From: a virus | Taxonomy: Duplodnaviria > Caudoviricetes | DNA length: 40,903 nucleotides | IMG/VR virus record: IMGVR_UViG_3300032295_001731 | Coordinates: 1 to 40,903 of that record | Reading direction: 5' to 3' (one strand) | Part shown: piece after piece, positions 36,175 through 40,903 of the stretch | How positions within the stretch are numbered: position 1 is the first letter of the stretch | Layout: each line of letters begins with the position of its first letter | Notes under the pieces: model-generated | The model's input: only the letters and a program-made list of their open reading frames with translations | Database searches by the model: none | Told to the model about the DNA's origin: nothing | Position numbers and translations under genes: made by a program

Positions 36175-37065
36175 TTAGAATGGAAACTTAATACTGTCAA
36201 TTAATTTTTCAGTTCTATCAGTTACACTGTCTCCATTAGTCCCTCTTACCCTTCTAGTATCTATGGTTAGAATCCTTCCACCGATAGGTTTAACAGGTGC
36301 GCCACGCTCAACGTGCCATCCTTTTGATCCATCACCGTACTCTTCTTTGTAAGTACCGGTAATCATCATATGGATTTGCTTATGTCTATTGATCCACCCG
36401 TCCGCAGCATGGTGATCAACAGTATCACGCACTACATTGGTACATTTATTCTCGTGGATATGTCCCATGCTGAATACCTCAAAGTCCTCATACATTTCTA
36501 GGGCACGAGTAAGATTGATCTCACCACGTGTAACCATACCACCGCCTCCACTTCCATGGAAATATTTGATCTTGGTAGAGATTCTTCTATTTGTTCTCAC
36601 ATCCTGGTTAACGATCAACCATCCGCCATACCCTCCGGTCTGAACATTCGAATGATTTTTGTAGTTAAGTAGGTCAACGAATCTCTGTAGCAAATCTGTT
36701 TCCTGACGTTTCAGCACCGCAGTCTCGTGGTTACCGTATCCGATAACTGTGATTAAGTGAGCATAGGGCGAAAAAAAATCCACCGCAGTTTCTACGATGG
36801 AATCTAGGTATCTAATATTGTTGTGCTCAGGTCTGATGTCAGATTTAGTACCCCTCGGGTCCCATTTCCCCTGCATAAGGCAGAAGGTATCTCCGTTGAA
36901 CATCATCGGAATTGATTCTTTTAAGCAGTAATCTAGGTGTCTTCTTAGCAGATCCCAATCGCATTTAGGATTGTCCCAGTGGATATCGCTGAACATAGCA
37001 ATCTGTACTTTGGTTCCTTGAATCTTTAATTCGTGGATGTTCTTCGAGTGTCTAATTAATTGCAT
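36175..37065 (-). CDS. Calcineurin-like metallophosphoesterase
   Basis: SDIH, NGD, GNHE, HG, GHIH motifs in order. Confidence 0.9.
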   Translation of the reverse strand: MQLIRHSKNIHELKIQGTKVQIAMFSDIHWDNPKCDWDLLRRHLDYCLKESIPMMFNGDTFCLMQGKWDPRGTKSDIRPEHNNIRYLDSIVETAVDFFSPYAHLITVIGYGNHETAVLKRQETDLLQRFVDLLNYKNHSNVQTGGYGGWLIVNQDVRTNRRISTKIKYFHGSGGGGMVTRGEINLTRALEMYEDFEVFSMGHIHENKCTNVVRDTVDHHAADGWINRHKQIHMMITGTYKEEYGDGSKGWHVERGAPVKPIGGRILTIDTRRVRGTNGDSVTDRTEKLIDSIKFPF

Positions 37066-37607
37066 TACTCTAGTGTTGGTGAATATTCTATATCTAATTC
37101 TTCATTCCTCTTTGGCATACGGTCAAACTCCTTTACGCAGTAAAACATTTTTTTGATTGTACCCTTGTAGAAATAAATGGGGTTGACCATGTAGGTTCTT
37201 CTATTTTTTTCGGATGTAAATCTAATAATATCTTTGGCACAAAGTTCTTTGATGCTGTTCATAACGAACTTCATATTCATGTCCGACAACTGTTGGATAT
37301 CACGCAAACTGTAATTTTTGATTAAATTACCGTAGTTCATCTGCTGACACATCAGCCTAAGAATCTTATTTGACGATGGCTTAATTTCGTTCATTATGGA
37401 TAACGACTCGGTAAACGTAATCATATACCTCATCTTCTTCCTGCGTAGCAGGTTCGCAATAACTTCATCAGCCTGCGAGTTATACCCCTCCGCAATCTGT
37501 ACGAATTCTCCCTTTTGGTTTTTATAGTAAAGATCGAGTCCCTTTACTTTCTGATTGATTACCCTATCCGCTTCTAGCAGAATTAAGTCGAATACTATGT
37601 TGTTCAT
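37065..37607 (-). CDS. RepL-like winged-HTH DNA-binding protein
   Basis: HTH followed by YMVNPIYFYKG, a Firmicute-plasmid RepL-type signature also seen in crAss-like phages. Confidence 0.7.
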   Translation of the reverse strand: MNNIVFDLILLEADRVINQKVKGLDLYYKNQKGEFVQIAEGYNSQADEVIANLLRRKKMRYMITFTESLSIMNEIKPSSNKILRLMCQQMNYGNLIKNYSLRDIQQLSDMNMKFVMNSIKELCAKDIIRFTSEKNRRTYMVNPIYFYKGTIKKMFYCVKEFDRMPKRNEELDIEYSPTLE

Positions 37608-37924
37608 TTTTTGTCTTTGGATCGGATGTTCCGATCTACGATAATCGTGTCTACGTTAATTTTAATTTTCTTCAAATGCGATATGGTTTGCTTATGGCGT
37701 GTGTGCTCATAGAAGATCAATCCATTTAGAGCCCTCCCGAATTCAGTAATGCTCATATCTCCTTTCATCTTGTTACAATCACCACAGGCAGGTACCTTAT
37801 TTGCATTACTTAACTTACCGCCACGACTTTTAGGTATCAGATGATCCACAGTTCTACTATAGTCATCCAACGTGGTCTTACAATAAGCACAGACACTTAA
37901 GTCTACTCCATCCTTGGTAATCAT
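37604..37924 (-). CDS. HNH endonuclease
   Basis: CAYC...VDHLIPKSRGG...N.VPAC..CNKMKG. Confidence 0.9.
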   Translation of the reverse strand: MITKDGVDLSVCAYCKTTLDDYSRTVDHLIPKSRGGKLSNANKVPACGDCNKMKGDMSITEFGRALNGLIFYEHTRHKQTISHLKKIKINVDTIIVDRNIRSKDKK

Positions 37925-38157
37925 TTACTCAACATTAAAATGTCAATATCCTCTATTGTCTCCTCAATAGTAAAATCACCAACAATAGTTCTTACGGTGG
38001 TATGCATTTCATCATCAGCACTATTCCAGGCAATGATATCACTTACCTTAACTCTAAAGTCATCAAACTCATTAACACTAGGCAAACCTAAATTAGCCAA
38101 TTTATCATTAGTCTTAAAGCTACATCGAGTCAACAAAAATCCATTTACTACTTTCAT
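37921..38157 (-). CDS. Small hypothetical protein, first gene of the minus-strand arm
   Basis: 78 aa, ATGA coupling to HNH gene. Confidence 0.65.
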   Translation of the reverse strand: MKVVNGFLLTRCSFKTNDKLANLGLPSVNEFDDFRVKVSDIIAWNSADDEMHTTVRTIVGDFTIEETIEDIDILMLSK

Positions 38158-38161
38158 TCTA

Positions 38162-38169
38162 CAAATATA
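38162..38169 (-). promoter_or_regulatory. Bacteroidota -7 box (TATATTTG), probably giving a leaderless mRNA
   Basis: Only 4 nt between box and ATG 38157. Confidence 0.6.
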
Positions 38170-38255
38170 TAAATTATATTTAAGAAAACAAGCACTTTGT
38201 ATACACTTTTGTCAGAACAACTTGTTACCACTTTTTACTACATTAACTTATTAGT

Positions 38256-38268
38256 AATCAACTACTTA
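38256..38268 (+). promoter_or_regulatory. IHF consensus site
   Basis: AATCAACTACTTA matches WATCAANNNNTTR. Confidence 0.5.
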
Positions 38269-38505
38269 AAAATATTCTCTATATACTGTTTATCTCTACG
38301 TCATTCTAACAGAATATCATTGATACCTTGAATATATAATCTGATGTGTACGAAGTGAACATCTGATTGTATACCGAAAGGATAGGATCAGCACCATAAT
38401 CATTTATCCCTACATCGAATGTACCCTATGCCTAGTACTACTACCCCTCCCCCTTTTATAAGGCTATACCCTTACTAACTTACTTTAATATCAGGCTATC
38501 CCCTG

Positions 38506-38561
38506 AAAAGTTTCTCTGTTTTTTAGGGTTTGTTGCAAAAAGTATCTCTGTTTTTTAGGGT
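38506..38561. repeat. 24-bp direct repeat x2
   Basis: AAAAGT(T/A)TCTCTGTTTTTTAGGGT at 38506 and 38538. Confidence 0.9.
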
Positions 38562-38622
38562 CTTTCCCACCCGTTGGTATCCCCTCCCCTTCCTCGAGGG
38601 AAAGTCGAAACCCAAATTCCTT

Positions 38623-38641
38623 ATTTAGAATCATTCTAAAC
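38623..38641. promoter_or_regulatory. Fur-box-like palindrome 1
   Basis: ATTTAGAATCATTCTAAAC. Confidence 0.55.
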
Positions 38642-38649
38642 TATCTTTA

Positions 38650-38748
38650 CTTAGTGTCATGTTGACACTTACTCAGACCTTAGTGTCATTTATACACTAA
38701 CCTTAGTGTCATGTTGACCTTTAGTACTTAGTGTCATTATTACACTAA
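38650..38748. repeat. Four copies of CTTAGTGTCAT, each the left arm of an imperfect palindrome
   Basis: Copies at 38650, 38679, 38702, 38727. Confidence 0.9.
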
Positions 38749-38877
38749 CTCATTTTATTTGCTTAGAATCTAGTCATTCCCCTGATTAATTCCTAATCAT
38801 TACCACTTTCATTTGTGCATACAAAAATAAATTGACTTTTGCAAGTTTTTACACAATTATTTTCAATTCAAAGCCTT

Positions 38878-38896
38878 ATTTATAATCATTCTAAAT
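38878..38896. promoter_or_regulatory. Fur-box-like palindrome 2
   Basis: ATTTATAATCATTCTAAAT. Confidence 0.55.
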
Positions 38897-38927
38897 TTCA
38901 AATATTTTTGCATTTTTTTATAATTTT

Positions 38928-38959
38928 CTTTGTCATATTATATAATATAGTTATATTTG
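38928..38959 (+). promoter_or_regulatory. Complete Bacteroidota sigmaA early promoter (TTTG-N20-TATATTTG)
   Basis: TTTG 38928-38931, TATATTTG 38952-38959, AT-rich upstream. Confidence 0.8.
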
Positions 38960-39190
38960 TATAGATAAAAAACACAACGTTATGAATACAAGTTAACACA
39001 TACAATACAGGATAGGCCGAAAGGCCACAACGAAAAAAAAATAATTCATTTTCGTACTGGGAAAAGAATGCTCATTCAGTACAGGTGGAATAACAGACCT
39101 CAAAAACGTTATAAAACTAGCTTAGGGAATTATTATGCCCGTTTCTTAAGTTAGATTATTAAAGGGCTATTTATTTTAATTTACCACACT

Positions 39191-39700
39191 ATGAAAACTT
39201 TATCTTTTAAATTCGAACAATTAAACACAATTAAGAAGCAAGGTATTGAAACCTTAGAAACAATTAGCTTCGAAACAAACGGAAACCTTTGTATAGATGC
39301 AAAGGCCGATAACTTGCAAAGAACAATAAATTTTTGTTCTGAGTTATTCAATTTGCTAGATGTAATGAAGCAAAGCGGAAAAGCCCTAGTTATTAATGGG
39401 TGCAAATTTCACCCTAATAAAGATTTCAATTTGTACGCTATTATTGACGGCAAAGAGCATTTTTTAGAATATTCTAGTATTATTCAATTCGATGCCGTAG
39501 CGTTCAAAGTTAGTGCACCAACATTGAGAACGAACAAAGACGGGCAAAACGTATTAAATACCAATTCAAGAAAGGCCTTTGCTTTGCAAGTATGGCAATT
39601 ATTACAGGGTGCGGAGGGCAAAACTCAATTAATGCATAAAACTAACTTATCGGCTATTGACGCAAAAGTGAACGCATCTAGTCAATTCTTACTAGCTTAA
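39191..39700 (+). CDS. Early hypothetical protein
   Basis: 169-aa ORF, first after the early promoter. Confidence 0.75.
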   Translation: MKTLSFKFEQLNTIKKQGIETLETISFETNGNLCIDAKADNLQRTINFCSELFNLLDVMKQSGKALVINGCKFHPNKDFNLYAIIDGKEHFLEYSSIIQFDAVAFKVSAPTLRTNKDGQNVLNTNSRKAFALQVWQLLQGAEGKTQLMHKTNLSAIDAKVNASSQFLLA

Positions 39701-39726
39701 TTAATTAACGTCTTAAAATTTGCGTC

Positions 39727-39963
39727 ATGAAATTATATTCAAAACAAGGTAACTATACAAGTACTTTAATTAGCGGGCTAGGTATTCAATCAAGTGAAGC
39801 AAAGATAGTACACAAACAAAAGCAAAGTACAAACGGGTCTAAGCGTTCACGAATGGAATCTAAAAAAGACGGTGTATTTAATAGCTTTACAAGTTTTGAG
39901 AAACGAGACGCAAACAATGAAGCAAGAAAAAAGAAATTCGAACTATTAAGACGCAAGAAATAA
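39727..39963 (+). CDS. Early basic hypothetical protein
   Basis: 78-aa ORF followed by terminator. Confidence 0.65.
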   Translation: MKLYSKQGNYTSTLISGLGIQSSEAKIVHKQKQSTNGSKRSRMESKKDGVFNSFTSFEKRDANNEARKKKFELLRRKK

Positions 39964-39981
39964 CCACTACAAACCTAAGCG

Positions 39982-40008
39982 AGGGGAGCAGAAATGTTCC
40001 CCTTTTTT
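39982..40008 (+). terminator. Rho-independent terminator
   Basis: AGGGGAGCA-GAAA-TGTTCCCCT plus T-run. Confidence 0.8.
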
Positions 40009-40081
40009 AGTAAGGCTCACTATCAACGCCAAAGGTTATTACGCCTTTCAATTTTAAAAATCTATTTAATTTACCACAATT

Positions 40082-40255
40082 ATGAAATTCATTTTCGCAC
40101 TTATGCTCACGTCATTAATCATGGCTGTGTCATTATTAATCTATTCAGTTATTCATAACACTAATATTGAAGCAACAATATTCAGTGCAATATTATGCGT
40201 TGCGTCAGCATCAGGTGCTGCGTATTCAGCAAAGATATTAGACGAAAGAAATTAA
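40082..40255 (+). CDS. 57-aa two-helix membrane protein (not in ORF track)
   Basis: MKFIFALMLTSLIMAVSLLIYSVIHNTNIEATIFSAILCVASASGAAYSAKILDERN; TTACCACAA leader motif. Confidence 0.7.
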   Translation: MKFIFALMLTSLIMAVSLLIYSVIHNTNIEATIFSAILCVASASGAAYSAKILDERN

Positions 40256-40279
40256 TTCACAATCAAAACCTACCACAAA

Positions 40280-40501
40280 ATGAGAGTACAAATTAACAAG
40301 GTTTGGAGCGCAGAAGAACTACGCCCGAGCAACAAGACAAATGTTTTCTTATGCAATCCTGGAGAAATCAAAGGACAATGGATAAGCATAAGCAAGTACG
40401 TAAAACTCAAGGAATTAGTACGCAAGTACACAAACATTCGTGAGGTATTATACGAAGATCAACAAGACTATACTATTCACTACTTAATTGAGAAGCCATG
40501 A
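40280..40501 (+). CDS. Early hypothetical protein
   Basis: 73-aa ORF with CTACCACAA leader. Confidence 0.7.
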   Translation: MRVQINKVWSAEELRPSNKTNVFLCNPGEIKGQWISISKYVKLKELVRKYTNIREVLYEDQQDYTIHYLIEKP

Positions 40502-40587
40502 CTTTAGGAGAACTCATATACCTATCATTAACGCTAAATGTAGTGTTATTCATCAAATACATTCAGTACAAACCAAAAAAGAAATAA
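40498..40587 (+). CDS. 29-aa single-helix membrane peptide (not in ORF track)
   Basis: MTLGELIYLSLTLNVVLFIKYIQYKPKKK; ATGA overlap. Confidence 0.55.
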   Translation: MTLGELIYLSLTLNVVLFIKYIQYKPKKK

Positions 40588-40589
40588 CA

Positions 40590-40647
40590 TTCTGTTGTGG
40601 TAGATAGAGAAGAAAGGCGTATCGTAATTGGTACGCCTATTTCTTTT
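40590..40647 (+). ncRNA. Putative 3'-UTR regulatory RNA (sRNA-B) ending in a terminator
   Basis: TCTGT/ATAGA stem with TGTGGTAG loop, then AGGCGTATC/GGTACGCCT terminator and T-tail. Confidence 0.45.
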
Positions 40648-40677
40648 ACCCAATATAACCTTTAAACAACAAGAACA

Positions 40678-40869
40678 ATGAAAACAGTAGTTATAAGTTT
40701 TAAAAAAATTTCAAATATGAGTGAAAAATTAGAACGTGCATTTTTCAATTGGTTAAGAGAAAATAACATCCCATATACAGCAAGTGATTTCATTTCCCAT
40801 AACATCTTTGTTGAAGAACGTGATGTATCCAAGATAAAAAAAATATGGCCTGAAATTATTAAACTTTAA
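40678..40869 (+). CDS. Early hypothetical protein
   Basis: 63-aa ORF with AAACAACAA leader. Confidence 0.65.
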   Translation: MKTVVISFKKISNMSEKLERAFFNWLRENNIPYTASDFISHNIFVEERDVSKIKKIWPEIIKL

Positions 40870-40872
40870 ACA

Positions 40873-40903
40873 ATGAAGAAGCTATTTAATTTTATTAAAA
40901 AAA
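40873..40903 (+). CDS. Start of next early gene, truncated
   Basis: TAAACAATG then MKKLFNFIKK to window end. Confidence 0.45.
   Translation, partial: MKKLFNFIKK

Larger units (their letters stand above)
1..40903. mobile_element. Tailed bacteriophage genome segment (podovirus-like, crAss-like virion module, probable Bacteroidota host)
   Basis: Terminase, portal, scaffold, capsid, ring, nozzle, ejection and fibre genes in a co-oriented block; no host housekeeping genes or integrase in the window; Bacteroidota-type TAnnTTTG promoters. Confidence 0.95.

Noticed and set aside
902-37940. Many short plus-strand and alternate-frame ORFs in the track (e.g. 902, 5324, 14326, 25696, 28730)
   Set aside because: Antisense shadows of long, well-supported genes with no recognisable motifs
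38650-38748. Mini CRISPR array, tempting given the Cas4-like nuclease
   Set aside because: Repeat is 11 bp with 12-18 bp intervening sequence that is itself repetitive; no spacer-length unique segments
39010-39035. Hammerhead ribozyme (GGCCGAAAGGCC stem II)
   Set aside because: Flanking CUGAUGA and GAAA core nucleotides are absent
38158-39190. tRNA genes or attachment site
   Set aside because: No cloverleaf or T-loop consensus seen; no integrase in the window
1-40903. Stop-codon reassignment as in some crAss-like phages
   Set aside because: Long genes are intact under the standard code, and TAG and TGA both end tightly packed genes (e.g. 26424, 21189, 29838)

Overview
The whole 40.9-kb window is a fragment of a tailed dsDNA phage with podovirus-type, crAss-like/P22-like virion architecture. 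It very probably infects a Bacteroidota host, because TAnnTTTG promoter boxes sit in most intergenic gaps. The standard genetic code is used. From right to left on the minus strand runs a late module: small gene, HNH nuclease, RepL-like HTH protein, metallophosphoesterase, two unannotated small proteins, large terminase, C1q-like protein, then a plus-strand island with a PD-(D/E)XK nuclease, a highly expressed structural protein, portal, scaffold, major capsid, three ring/adaptor proteins, three small basic proteins, a 1525-aa tail nozzle/stabilisation protein, four ejection/cargo proteins with a ferritin gene wedged between the two largest, Cys-rich tail hub proteins, a free-standing GIY-YIG endonuclease and a truncated tail fibre. 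A ~1-kb non-coding control/terminus region (38158-39190) precedes short plus-strand early genes. The most interesting non-obvious signals are: (i) two putative small RNAs whose hairpin loops are antisense to motifs repeated in the translation-initiation regions of the early genes; (ii) two Bacteroidota Fur-box-like palindromes upstream of the early promoter in a phage that also encodes ferritin; (iii) a leader whose 5' end pairs with the loop of its own terminator; (iv) cysteines confined to the adjoining termini of consecutive virion proteins. All family assignments are by motif recognition and gene order, without database searches.
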